A DNA stretch of 64,000 nucleotides from the NCBI GenBank assembly GCA_963815215.1, contig CAWFFU010000011.1, positions 224,001 to 288,000 on the forward strand, read 5' to 3'. The DNA is from an uncultured Trueperaceae bacterium (GTDB taxonomy: Bacteria; Deinococcota; Deinococci; Deinococcales; Trueperaceae). Within the stretch, counting starts at the first letter, position 1. Each line of letters starts with the position of its first letter. Below the pieces are notes generated by a model. The model was not told where the DNA came from. It was given only the letters and a program-made list of their open reading frames with translations, and searched no databases. The position numbers were made by a program, and so were the translations under genes. Positions 1-10,985 of the stretch are shown piece after piece.

Positions 1-1
1 C

Positions 2-2416
2 TTCCCCAACGCCACCGCGACCGTGCAGGGCGCTCTGAGCCCCGGCCTCACCGCCTTCCTGCGGCTCTACCGCGACCAGCTCGAGCTCGCCGACCCCCAG
101 GCCGTCGACCTCGACACCGTTACCGAGCTCATCGTGGTCGACACCGCCGACGCCAGCCGCATCCGCCCCTTCGATCGCCTGGTGGGCACGGTCCCGACCA
201 CCCTGTACGACCACCACCCTGCCCCCGCCATACCGATCCCCGCGGCGCGCGGCCTGCGTGAGCAGCTAGGTGCCACCGCCACCCTGCTCACTCGCGAGCT
301 GATGGCCACCGGCATCGTCATCCCCCCGCCGATCGCCAGCCTGGCGCTGCTGGGAATCCACGAGGACACCGGCAACCTCAGCTACGACCTCACGCGGCCC
401 GACGATTACCGTGCCGCGGCCCATCTGCTGGCCAGCGGCGCCAGCCTTCAACTCGTGAGGCGCTTCACCGTCGATGCGATCTCGCCCGAGCACCACGCGT
501 TCAGGGACGCCATGCTCGACGCGGCCCAACCGGTGTCGGTGGCGGGGCGCCGCGTCAGCGTGGCGGCCTTCGACTACCCCCACTACGTTCCCGGCGTCTC
601 CGGGCTCGCCAACGACCTGCTCGAGGTCCACCACGCCGATGCGGCCGTCGTCGCAGTACGCATGCAGGGCAAGACGCTGGTCTTCGCGCGCGCCTCGGAG
701 CGCTTCGACGTCGCCGCGGCCCTGCACGACGCCCTCGGCGGCGGCGGCCACCCCGGCGCCGCCTACGCCAAGGCCGACCTCGACCCAGACACGGCGGCGC
801 AGCGCGTGCTGGACGCGCTGGCGCTGCATGCTACGCCGGTGCTAACCGCCGCAGACCTGATGAGCGCTCCCGTGAAGACCGCACTCGAGAGCGCCACCGT
901 CGCCGAGGTCCAGCAGCAGCTCCAGCTCTACGGGCACAACGGTATGCCGGTGTTGAGCGACCAGGGAGCGCTCGTCGGGGTGGTCTCGCGCCGCGACCTG
1001 GAGCGCGCGTTGCGGCACGGCCTGGGGCGCAGCCGGGTCTCGGGCTTCATGAGCCGGAACGTCGTCACGGCCGGCCGGAACGCGGTCCTGGTCGAGCTCG
1101 AGGAGCTGGTGCTGCGCCATAACATCGGCCGCATCCCCGTCCTGGACCGTGGCAACCTGGTCGGCATCGTCACCCGCACCGACCTCATCGCCGCCCGTCA
1201 CCGGCGGCCCAGCTCGGAGGATCCCGCCCGCGGGCTCCTCGAACGGCTCCCGCCCAGCGCCCAGCAGGCGCTCCGAGCGGCTCGTGCGGTGGCCGGCGAC
1301 GCGTCGCTCTACCTCGTCGGCGGTACCGTGCGCGACGCGTTGCTCGGTGCGGGCTTCAAGGACCTCGACCTGGCGGTCGAAGGGGGCACCGCCGAGCACC
1401 TCGGCTCACGGCTGAACGCCCGTCTGGGCGGCACGCTGTCCTGCCACGTTCCCTTCGGGACCTGCACGCTCACACTGGAAGACGGGCTCGTGATCGACCT
1501 GGCGACCGCGCGCGAGGAGATCTACGACCACCCCGGCGCGCTGCCGGCCGTCACCCCCAGCACGGTCCGCAAAGACCTCTCGCGGCGCGACTTCACCGTC
1601 AACGCGCTGGCCCTGCGATTCCACCCGGACCCGCCGGAGTTGATCGATCCCTACGGCGGCACCGACGACCTGCGCACCAAGCAGCTGCGCGTGCTGCACC
1701 CGTTGTCGTTCATCGAAGACCCTACGCGGGTGCTGCGCGGGGCGCGGCTGGCGGGGAGGCTCGGCTTCCACTTCGAGCCCACCACGGCGGAGCGCGCCCA
1801 CGACGCGCTGGCCCCCGCCATCATCGACAACGTCAGCGGCGGCCGACTGCGCGGCGAGCTGGAGCTCACCCTGGCGGAGCCGAGGGTGACACCGGCGCTG
1901 CGCAGCCTGCACGACGTCGGCGGGCTGGCCGCGCTGTTCGGGCTCCAAGCGGATTGGTCCCTGCTGAAGGCGCTAGACGAGCAGCGCCACGAGCGCGACG
2001 TGCCCGACGAGGCCTACCTGCTGGCGCTGTTGCTGTCCAGCGACGACAGCGCGGCCGCTTCGCACCTCGAGGCTTTCCACTGGCCCCGGCGCTACGGTCA
2101 CCTGCGCGACCGGCTCCGCGCCATGCTGCGAGCAGAGCACGTTCGAGACGAAGATCTCGAGGGGCTCGACGACGCCGCCCGCGTCTTGCTGCGCTGCCTC
2201 TCCCCCGAGCTCTCCAGCCGCCTGACGCGGCTAGAAGAGGGGCCGCCCCGCCGCCGGCTGCGCGGGAGGGACGTGTTAGACTTGGGCTTGGCGCCTGGAC
2301 CGGCCGTGGGACGCGTTCTCGACGAGGTCGCGCGCGCTCGCGCCGACCAACGGGTGCGGACGTTCGAAGACGAGGTCGAGATGGCCAGGCAGCTCGTTGA
2401 AGAGCTGCAGTCGTAA
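2..2416 (+). CDS. DHH/DHHA1-CBS-tRNA nucleotidyltransferase (CCA/A-adding family), 5' partial
   Basis: DHH motifs (VVDT, YDHH, GIHEDTG, GGGH), a CBS pair, and nucleotidyltransferase motifs VGGTVRD..DLDL, RRDFTVN, EDPTR; frame open to the window edge. Confidence 0.9.
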   Translation, partial: FPNATATVQGALSPGLTAFLRLYRDQLELADPQAVDLDTVTELIVVDTADASRIRPFDRLVGTVPTTLYDHHPAPAIPIPAARGLREQLGATATLLTRELMATGIVIPPPIASLALLGIHEDTGNLSYDLTRPDDYRAAAHLLASGASLQLVRRFTVDAISPEHHAFRDAMLDAAQPVSVAGRRVSVAAFDYPHYVPGVSGLANDLLEVHHADAAVVAVRMQGKTLVFARASERFDVAAALHDALGGGGHPGAAYAKADLDPDTAAQRVLDALALHATPVLTAADLMSAPVKTALESATVAEVQQQLQLYGHNGMPVLSDQGALVGVVSRRDLERALRHGLGRSRVSGFMSRNVVTAGRNAVLVELEELVLRHNIGRIPVLDRGNLVGIVTRTDLIAARHRRPSSEDPARGLLERLPPSAQQALRAARAVAGDASLYLVGGTVRDALLGAGFKDLDLAVEGGTAEHLGSRLNARLGGTLSCHVPFGTCTLTLEDGLVIDLATAREEIYDHPGALPAVTPSTVRKDLSRRDFTVNALALRFHPDPPELIDPYGGTDDLRTKQLRVLHPLSFIEDPTRVLRGARLAGRLGFHFEPTTAERAHDALAPAIIDNVSGGRLRGELELTLAEPRVTPALRSLHDVGGLAALFGLQADWSLLKALDEQRHERDVPDEAYLLALLLSSDDSAAASHLEAFHWPRRYGHLRDRLRAMLRAEHVRDEDLEGLDDAARVLLRCLSPELSSRLTRLEEGPPRRRLRGRDVLDLGLAPGPAVGRVLDEVARARADQRVRTFEDEVEMARQLVEELQS

Positions 2417-2437
2417 CGAAGTGGCCGGGAGTTTGCC

Positions 2438-3070
2438 ATGATCCTGAGGTACTACAACGACCCCACCGTGCTGGTGATCAGTGCCGTCGTCATGGTCATC
2501 GCGCTGATCTTCCACAACATCGTGCAGAGCTTCGTCGCGGCGCGTATGGGGGACAGCACGCCCCGCTTCTCGGGCTTCATGGCCTTCGATCCGCAACGCC
2601 AGCTCGATCCCTTCGGGGTGCTGTTCCTGTTCCTCCTCGGCTTCGGATGGCCCAACGCGGTGCCGGTGAACGGCCGCAACTACCACGGGCGCGGCCGCCG
2701 GGAGGCGTGGGTGTGGCTGTCGGGGATCGGCGCCTACCTGGTGATCGGGTTCTTGAGCCTCGCGGCCTCGGTCGCGTTCGTGAGCCTGGGCCAGGTGCAC
2801 CTCGCTGTCGCCTTCCAGGCCGCTGCTGCCTATGCCGTCGTGCACGCCGTGATCAACCTGTTCCCGGTGCTGCCGCTCGACATGGCTCACGCGGCGTTGG
2901 CGTGGGGCAACCCCAGCGTGCGCCGCGTCATCCAGCAGATCGCCGGCTTCGGCGTCCTCGGCTTCATGGTGTTCTTCTTCATCCTGAGCTTCCTGGGCGT
3001 GATCAGCGGGCTGGTGCGCCTGTTCCTTCAGATCTTCCTGAACATCATCGCCGCGCTGACCGGCCTCTGA
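2438..3070 (+). CDS. Site-2 protease (M50) family membrane protein with degenerate metal motif
   Basis: Multi-TM; GDSTPR..G, LDPFG, FGW and NLFPVLPLD motifs; HExxH replaced by HNIVQ. Confidence 0.8.
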   Translation: MILRYYNDPTVLVISAVVMVIALIFHNIVQSFVAARMGDSTPRFSGFMAFDPQRQLDPFGVLFLFLLGFGWPNAVPVNGRNYHGRGRREAWVWLSGIGAYLVIGFLSLAASVAFVSLGQVHLAVAFQAAAAYAVVHAVINLFPVLPLDMAHAALAWGNPSVRRVIQQIAGFGVLGFMVFFFILSFLGVISGLVRLFLQIFLNIIAALTGL

Positions 3071-3115
3071 TCGGCCCTATTCTCCGGCCCCGGACCGGAA
3101 CCCGCACCCGGCCGC

Positions 3116-5169
<2,054 letters not shown>

Positions 5170-5170
<1 letters not shown>

Positions 5171-5934
5171 CAGGCGACCTCGGCGATCACGAGGGTGATG
5201 TTGTCCGGCCCCCCGCGGTCGTTGGCCAGCGAGATCAGGTACTCGACACTGAGCTGACGGTTGGCGGTGCGCTTGATCTCGCCGAGGATCTCCTCGGGTT
5301 TCACCAGCCCGTGAAGGCCGTCGGTGGAGATGACGAACACGTCGCCCGGCTCGACGCCGATCTCGATGACGTCGGGGGCGACCTGAGGGCGGGTGCCCAG
5401 GGCACGAGTGATGAGGTTGCGCCACTCGTGCTGCTCGGCCTCGTCTTCGCTGAGGAGCCCCTTCTCGAGCTGCTCCTCGACCCACGAGTGATCCTTGGTG
5501 AGCTGGTAGATCTTGTTGCCACGAACCATGTAGGCGCGCGAGTCGCCGACGTGGCCGACGTGAGCCCTGCGCCCCAGCACCGCCACACAGGTGAGGGTGG
5601 TGCCCATGCCCCGACGCCCCTGGTTCTTGATGGCAGCCGCGTAGACGCGCCGGTTCGCCAGGCGCATCGCCTTCACGGTCAACTTGTCGATCCCGACGAC
5701 CGGGTTGCCGGCGCGCATCTCCTCGACGTAGCGGCTGAACGACTCGTCGAGAACCTCCATCGCCAGCTTGCTCGCCACCTCGCCGGCGGCAGCGCCACCC
5801 ATCCCATCGGCCACGGCAAGGAGCGTCAACTCCCCATCGGCGAGCGGGAACTGCCAGACGCGGTGGTAATCTTCGTTGAGGGGGCGGATCCGACCCACAT
5901 CTGATCCGTGCCCCACGTTCTGTCCGAGCCGCAC
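5170..5934 (-). CDS. PP2C-family Ser/Thr phosphatase (Stp1/PrpC-like)
   Basis: NED, VADGMGG, HVGDSRAY, TKDHS, STDGL, GGPDNIT; leaderless TAGACT box 6 nt upstream. Confidence 0.95.
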
Positions 5935-6008
5935 GGCGTCAGTCTACCGCGAGCGCATCGTGCCCCGAAAGACAATTCCCACACATGCCGTCAGGCACGT
6001 ACAAGCTG

Positions 6009-6626
6009 TCAGTTCCTCTTGGCTCTGGGGCGCCGCACGGTCTCCAGGTACGGGTAGCTCTCGAGCAGGTGTCGGTAGTCCTGGAACAGCTTCACGGCCT
6101 CGTCCTGCCCGGCCGGGAGCTCGCGGATCCGAAGATAGGCCGTCTCCCCTCCGGGAAGCACGAACGTCGGCGTGCCGAACACGTCGCGCGCGGCGGCGTA
6201 GTGGTGCTCCTGAGCGAGGACGGTGCGGCACTCGGGGTTGGCCAGATCGTCGTTGAAACGCGGCATGTGGAGACCGGTACAGTCGGCGACCTCGTCGATG
6301 ATGCTGCGCGTCAGTGGGCGATGGTCGCGATGGCGCGCCCTCAGCAGACCCAGCCGGAACGCGCCGAAGGCCTCGGAGCCCTGCTTGCGGGCCGCCTGCG
6401 AGGCGAGGAACGGCAGCAGCCCTTTGGTGCCCATGTCGTCCTCCGGGTCGATCGGTTCGTTCCAGAGCTGCCAGCGCTCACGCGGGTCGTGGTTGAACTG
6501 GTAGAGGCTGAAATGGCGCCACTCGAACGCCAGGTCGAGAGGACCGGCCACCCACTCCACCAGCTCCGCTGCGCGCCACGAGTACGGGCAGGTGTAGTCG
6601 AAGAAGACCGTGACCTCTTCCGGCAT
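6009..6626 (-). CDS. DsbA/FrnE-family thioredoxin-fold protein
   Basis: FFDYTCPYSW (CxxS) and VFGTPTF cis-Pro loop. Confidence 0.85.
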   Translation of the reverse strand: MPEEVTVFFDYTCPYSWRAAELVEWVAGPLDLAFEWRHFSLYQFNHDPRERWQLWNEPIDPEDDMGTKGLLPFLASQAARKQGSEAFGAFRLGLLRARHRDHRPLTRSIIDEVADCTGLHMPRFNDDLANPECRTVLAQEHHYAAARDVFGTPTFVLPGGETAYLRIRELPAGQDEAVKLFQDYRHLLESYPYLETVRRPRAKRN

Positions 6627-6746
6627 GGAGCCATTACAAACCGCCCTCCGGCCGGGACGGGTAGCGCCCGTGACAGCCGTCCTGGCCGTGCGCAATGCGC
6701 ACCCCGGGAGGCCCGACAGAGCACCGCCTACCGCTCGGCAGCGCGC

Positions 6747-7016
6747 TCAGTTCGACTCGTCGGGATCCGACCGCGGCGGCTCGGGTATGGGCCCGTGGTG
6801 CTCCTCGAAGCGCCGGATGTTCTCCTCGAGGCTGCGCAACAACGCCTTGGCGTGACGCGGGCTGGTGATCACGCGGGTGGTGACGACCGGCGACTGCTGG
6901 GGGTAGGCCAGCGCGAAATCCACGATGAACTCGTCGTGGGTGTGGGTGATGACGGCGAGGTTCGCGTAGTGCCCCCCCGCCACCTCCGTTGGGATCTCCA
7001 GGTGGAACTCGTTCAC
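6747..7016 (-). CDS. DUF3467 family protein
   Basis: G.YAN...I.HT..EF.VDF, RVITSP.HAK.LL..L..NI..FE..HG.I pattern; TAGGCT box 6 nt upstream. Confidence 0.85.
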   Translation of the reverse strand: MNEFHLEIPTEVAGGHYANLAVITHTHDEFIVDFALAYPQQSPVVTTRVITSPRHAKALLRSLEENIRRFEEHHGPIPEPPRSDPDESN

Positions 7017-7042
7017 GCCCCCAGCCTACCCGTCGCGCGCGC

Positions 7043-7462
7043 TCAGGGCGACTCGAGACGCCTCAGCGCCTCCGCCAGCAAGACCAGGCGCCGCTTGAGC
7101 TGGAAACGCACGCGCCCCAGGTCCGTGACGTCGGCGAGGCCCACCACCAAGACGTGGACGCGGTCCTCGCTCGCCCCACCATCGATGGGGGCGAGCAGGA
7201 CCGGGCCTTCCTGATACTCCACCAGCGTCTGCTGCACCGCACCGTCACCCAGCAGCCCGCCCAGCGCCCGGCTCGACGCCAGCGCGGTCGGCACCAGCTC
7301 CTGCAAGGCCTGCAACGTGTCCTCGCCCGGCATCACGCCCTCGACCGGCGTCATGCCTTCGACCAACGTGCCATCAGCACCTGCGACGGCCACACTGGTG
7401 ACTCCACGGATCGCCAGGAGTTCGCGCAGGACGTCCTGCAAAGTCCGTTCCGGGATCGTCAC
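7043..7462 (-). CDS. Roadblock/LC7 (MglB-like) protein 3
   Basis: L..IRGV....V.G.DG; GTG overlaps the upstream stop (GTGA). Confidence 0.75.
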   Translation of the reverse strand: MTIPERTLQDVLRELLAIRGVTSVAVAGADGTLVEGMTPVEGVMPGEDTLQALQELVPTALASSRALGGLLGDGAVQQTLVEYQEGPVLLAPIDGGASEDRVHVLVVGLADVTDLGRVRFQLKRRLVLLAEALRRLESP

Positions 7463-7824
7463 GCGCCCTCTCCGAGCGCCTCGCGCAACTTCCCGACGGT
7501 CGCCCGCGCGGCGTCGAGCGCGCCGCCGGCCTCGTCGCCCGCCAGCACCAGGGCCAGGGCATGATCCCCGAGCAGCAGACATGTCAGGCGGTAGCCCGGC
7601 GCCCGCAGCGTGACCTCATCGGCTTCACCGAGCATCAGGCGGTTCGCGGCCGAGCGACACGCCTCCGCCAGCGCGCCCCCCTCCGCCGCCAGCACGTCGG
7701 CCCGCACGCCGTGGCCGATCATCTCCACCGGGAGGCCGTCGCGCGTCAGGACCAGCGCAGCGACCACCCCGCCCTCCTCGCCGAGCGGCGCCAGCGCTTC
7801 GCGCAGGCGCGCCTGCACGCTCAT
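7459..7824 (-). CDS. Roadblock/LC7 (MglB-like) protein 2
   Basis: GVVAALVLTRDGLPVE..ADVLAAE motif. Confidence 0.85.
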   Translation of the reverse strand: MSVQARLREALAPLGEEGGVVAALVLTRDGLPVEMIGHGVRADVLAAEGGALAEACRSAANRLMLGEADEVTLRAPGYRLTCLLLGDHALALVLAGDEAGGALDAARATVGKLREALGEGA

Positions 7825-7938
7825 GCGAAGCTCCCTTCGATCTTTCGGGCCGCGTCGCCGGTGAGCAGGCGCGCCTGGGCACTCATGCGAAGCTCCCTTC
7901 GATCTTTCGGGCCGCGTCGCCGGTGAGCAGGCGCGCCT
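7803..7938. repeat. 62-bp-period tandem duplication of a gene junction
   Basis: 57-bp identical direct repeat at 7820-7876 and 7882-7938; 12-mer GCAGGCGCGCCT at 7803, 7865 and 7927. Confidence 0.95.
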
Positions 7939-8245
7939 TGCCGACGTTCCCGTGACGGTTGAGGACCAGCAGGCAGAACAGGCCGCCCTCCAGCAGCCGC
8001 GCGTAGGCGACGCGCCGCTCGCTGGTGACGATCACCTCGTGCAACGGTCCGCCACCGAGATGTTCGCTGACGGTGCTCGAGAGCCCGCTCAGAGCGTTGG
8101 TGAGTTCGGCCACCACACCGGCGAGCTCGACGCTCTCCCGGGGCGACTGCTCGATCACCAGGCCGTCCATGCCGGCGACGGCGGCGGCCAGGCAACCGTC
8201 CACCCCATGAACGAGCTGCGCGAGTATCTCCTCCATGTCCTGCAC
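7883..8245 (-). CDS. Roadblock/LC7 (MglB-like) protein 1
   Basis: VDGCLAAAVAGMDGLVIE, GNVGKAR; TAGACT box 7 nt before GTG 8245 (alternative ATG 8236). Confidence 0.85.
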   Translation of the reverse strand: MQDMEEILAQLVHGVDGCLAAAVAGMDGLVIEQSPRESVELAGVVAELTNALSGLSSTVSEHLGGGPLHEVIVTSERRVAYARLLEGGLFCLLVLNRHGNVGKARLLTGDAARKIEGSFA

Positions 8246-8377
8246 AGGCGGGAGTCTAGCACGCCACCGCAGTACGCTCCCGTTCAACCTTTCATAGTTG
8301 ATCGTTGGCCCCGCTCCGTGTCCACTCGGAGCCGCACCGCGAAGCTCGCGCTGCGCAGCCTCTGGTATCGTGACGCG

Positions 8378-9103
8378 ATGACACCGCTGCACGTTCGCGC
8401 CCGCCAGGACGACGTCGCCCCTTTCGTGCTGCTACCCGGCGACCCGGACCGGGCGCGGCGTATCGCGGAGCGTTTCTTCGACGACGCCCGCCCCATCAAC
8501 AGCTATCGCCAGCTGCTCGGCTTCAGCGGCCGCTACAAGGGCATGCCGGTGACCGTGCAGACCACGGGGATGGGCTGTCCGAGCCTGGCCATCGTGGTCG
8601 AGGAGTTGATCCAGCTCGGCGCCCGAACACTGGTGCGCGTTGGAACCTGCGGCGCCATCGCCAGCAGCATCGCTCCCGGCGACCTGGTGGTGGCCGTCTC
8701 GAGCACCCCCCGCGACGGCACCACCGCGATGTACCTCCACGGCCAGCCCTACGCTCCGACCGCAGATTTCACGGTCACACGCGCGCTGGTCGAGGCGGCC
8801 GAGGCCGCTGGCCGGCACCCTTTCGTCGGCATGATCCAGACCGAGGACGCCTTCTATGCCACCGCGCCCGACGACGTACCCGCCCTCGCGGCGAAGGGCG
8901 TGCTGGCCGTGGAGATGGAGGCCTCGGCCCTGTTCACCCTGGGGGCGTTGCGCGGTGTGCGCACGGGCTGCGCGCTGGTCGCCAGCAACGCCATCGGCGA
9001 CCCCAGCTTCGTGGGTCCCGACGTGCTCGGCCGCGCCGTCGACGCCATGGTGGAGACCGCTCTGGAAGCCGGGCTGGCGCTCAGCTTGCGCCAAGAGGCA
9101 TGA
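8378..9103 (+). CDS. deoD: Purine-nucleoside phosphorylase (PNP/UDP family)
   Basis: LLPGDPDRA, TGMGCPS, RVGTCGA, VEMEAS; TATCGT box 6 nt upstream. Confidence 0.85.
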   Translation: MTPLHVRARQDDVAPFVLLPGDPDRARRIAERFFDDARPINSYRQLLGFSGRYKGMPVTVQTTGMGCPSLAIVVEELIQLGARTLVRVGTCGAIASSIAPGDLVVAVSSTPRDGTTAMYLHGQPYAPTADFTVTRALVEAAEAAGRHPFVGMIQTEDAFYATAPDDVPALAAKGVLAVEMEASALFTLGALRGVRTGCALVASNAIGDPSFVGPDVLGRAVDAMVETALEAGLALSLRQEA

Positions 9104-9194
9104 GGCAGGGACGGCAGATACGCCGTCAGTACGATCGTCGCTGCGTGCGGGGGGCAGGGCGCACGCCCGCCCTCGCGCTGGGAAAGGACAGGCC

Positions 9195-10037
9195 ATGAAC
9201 GTAGCCGTGATAGGAGCGGGAACGATGGGAGCCGGGATCGCGCAGACCTGTGCGGTGGCCGGCCACGACGTGGTGCTGAGCGACGTCGCTCCCGGCGCGC
9301 TGGACCGCGCCGAGCGATCGATCGCCTCCAGCCTCGGTCGGCTCGTGAAGAAGGAGGTGCTGGGCGAGCGCGAGTCCGAAGAGGCACGCGGCCGCATCGC
9401 CATGCGAGACCGCCTCGAGGGACTCGAGGAAGCCGGCGTCGTCATCGAAGCGGTGTACGAGTCGGTCGCCGTCAAACGCGACGTCTGGAGCCGGCTCGCC
9501 GCCGCCACCAGCGAGGGCGCCCTGCTGGCCACCAACACCTCCAGCCTTTCGGTCACCGAGGTGGCCGGCTTCAGCGGTCGACCGGAGCGCTTCTGTGGCC
9601 TGCACTTCTTCAACCCGGTGCCGATGATGGCGCTGGTCGAAGTCGTCCGTGGGTTGCGCTCGTCCGACGAGGCCGTCGAGCAGGCGCGCGCCTTCGCCGA
9701 GGGGATCGGCAAGACCCCCATCGTGTGCGAGGACAAGCCCGGCTTCATCGTCAATCGCCTCCTCGTCCCCTATCTCAACGACGCCGTGCACGCGCTCTCC
9801 GAGGGCGTCGCATCCGCCGAGGACATCGACCGTGCGATGAAGCTCGGCGCCAACATGCCCATCGGACCGCTGGCGCTCTCGGACCTGGTGGGGCTCGACG
9901 TCGGGTTGGCCGCGACCGAAGCGCTGTTCGCCGAGTTCGGTGACCCCAAGTATCGACCCGCGCCCCTCATGCGTCAGATGGTGCGCGCCGGGAAGCTCGG
10001 CCGCAAGAGCGGCGAGGGCTTCTTCCGCTACGATTGA
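9195..10037 (+). CDS. hbd: 3-hydroxybutyryl-CoA dehydrogenase
   Basis: VIGAGTMGAGIA, TNTSSLS, GLHFFNP, PGFIVNR, GRKSGEGFF. Confidence 0.93.
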   Translation: MNVAVIGAGTMGAGIAQTCAVAGHDVVLSDVAPGALDRAERSIASSLGRLVKKEVLGERESEEARGRIAMRDRLEGLEEAGVVIEAVYESVAVKRDVWSRLAAATSEGALLATNTSSLSVTEVAGFSGRPERFCGLHFFNPVPMMALVEVVRGLRSSDEAVEQARAFAEGIGKTPIVCEDKPGFIVNRLLVPYLNDAVHALSEGVASAEDIDRAMKLGANMPIGPLALSDLVGLDVGLAATEALFAEFGDPKYRPAPLMRQMVRAGKLGRKSGEGFFRYD

Positions 10038-10074
10038 GAAGCACCACCGCCCTCTCCAACCACCGGAGGTCCGA

Positions 10075-10878
10075 ATGAGCGACCAGGAACCGTACGAGGA
10101 CGTCACCTTCGAGAACCTGCGCTACGAGGTGGACGACGGTATCGCCGTCCTGACCGTCGACCGCCAGGAAGCCCTCAACGCGCTCAACGACGAGGTGATC
10201 ACGGAGCTGGCGATCGCCTTCGAGATGGCCGAAGCCGACCTCGCGGTGCGCGCGCTGGTCCTGACCGGCGCCGGCCGCGCGTTCGTGGCGGGCGCGGACA
10301 TCGCCGCGCTGCAACGGCTGGCCGACACCTTCGCCGGCCGCGAGGCGTCGCTCGCCGGCCAGGACCTCGCCAACACCCTGGCGGCGCTCCCCATCCCCAC
10401 CATCGCCGCGCTCAACGGCTTCGCGCTCGGCGGCGGGCTAGAGCTGGCTCTCGCCGCCGACCTGCGGGTGGCGTCGCCCCACGCCCGGCTGGGCCTGCCC
10501 GAGGTCGGCTTGGGCCTCATCCCGGGCTACGGCGGGACGCAGCGGCTGCCGCGCCTGATCGGGCAAGGACGCGCTCTGGACCTCATCTTCACCGGCCGCC
10601 ACGTCGAGGCCGAGGAAGCGCTGGCCATGGGGCTCGTCAACCGCATCGCCGACGACGCCCTCCAAGGCGCCAAGGAACTGGCGCGCCTCACCATGCGCAA
10701 GGCGCCCATCGCGCTCGGCCTGGCCAAGGAGGCGGTGGTACGCGGCCTGGACGTGACCTTGAACCAGGGGCTGGAGATCGAGGCCGACCTGTTCGGCATG
10801 GCGGCCACCACGGAGGACATGAAGGAGGGCATCAGCGCGTTCCTGGAGAAGCGCGACCCGGACTTCAGCGGGCAGTGA
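10075..10878 (+). CDS. Enoyl-CoA hydratase (crotonase)
   Basis: AFVAGADI, GFALGGGLEL, PEVGLGLIPGYGGTQRL; SD GGAGG. Confidence 0.93.
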   Translation: MSDQEPYEDVTFENLRYEVDDGIAVLTVDRQEALNALNDEVITELAIAFEMAEADLAVRALVLTGAGRAFVAGADIAALQRLADTFAGREASLAGQDLANTLAALPIPTIAALNGFALGGGLELALAADLRVASPHARLGLPEVGLGLIPGYGGTQRLPRLIGQGRALDLIFTGRHVEAEEALAMGLVNRIADDALQGAKELARLTMRKAPIALGLAKEAVVRGLDVTLNQGLEIEADLFGMAATTEDMKEGISAFLEKRDPDFSGQ

Positions 10879-10985
10879 TGCCCCACCCGTGACGCGCGGG
10901 CAGTGACGCGCGCGCGGTGGCGGCAGCGAGCACGTTGGGACGAGCGCGCGTTGAGTGCTGACGAGCCGGCGGCCGCTCCCCGGCC

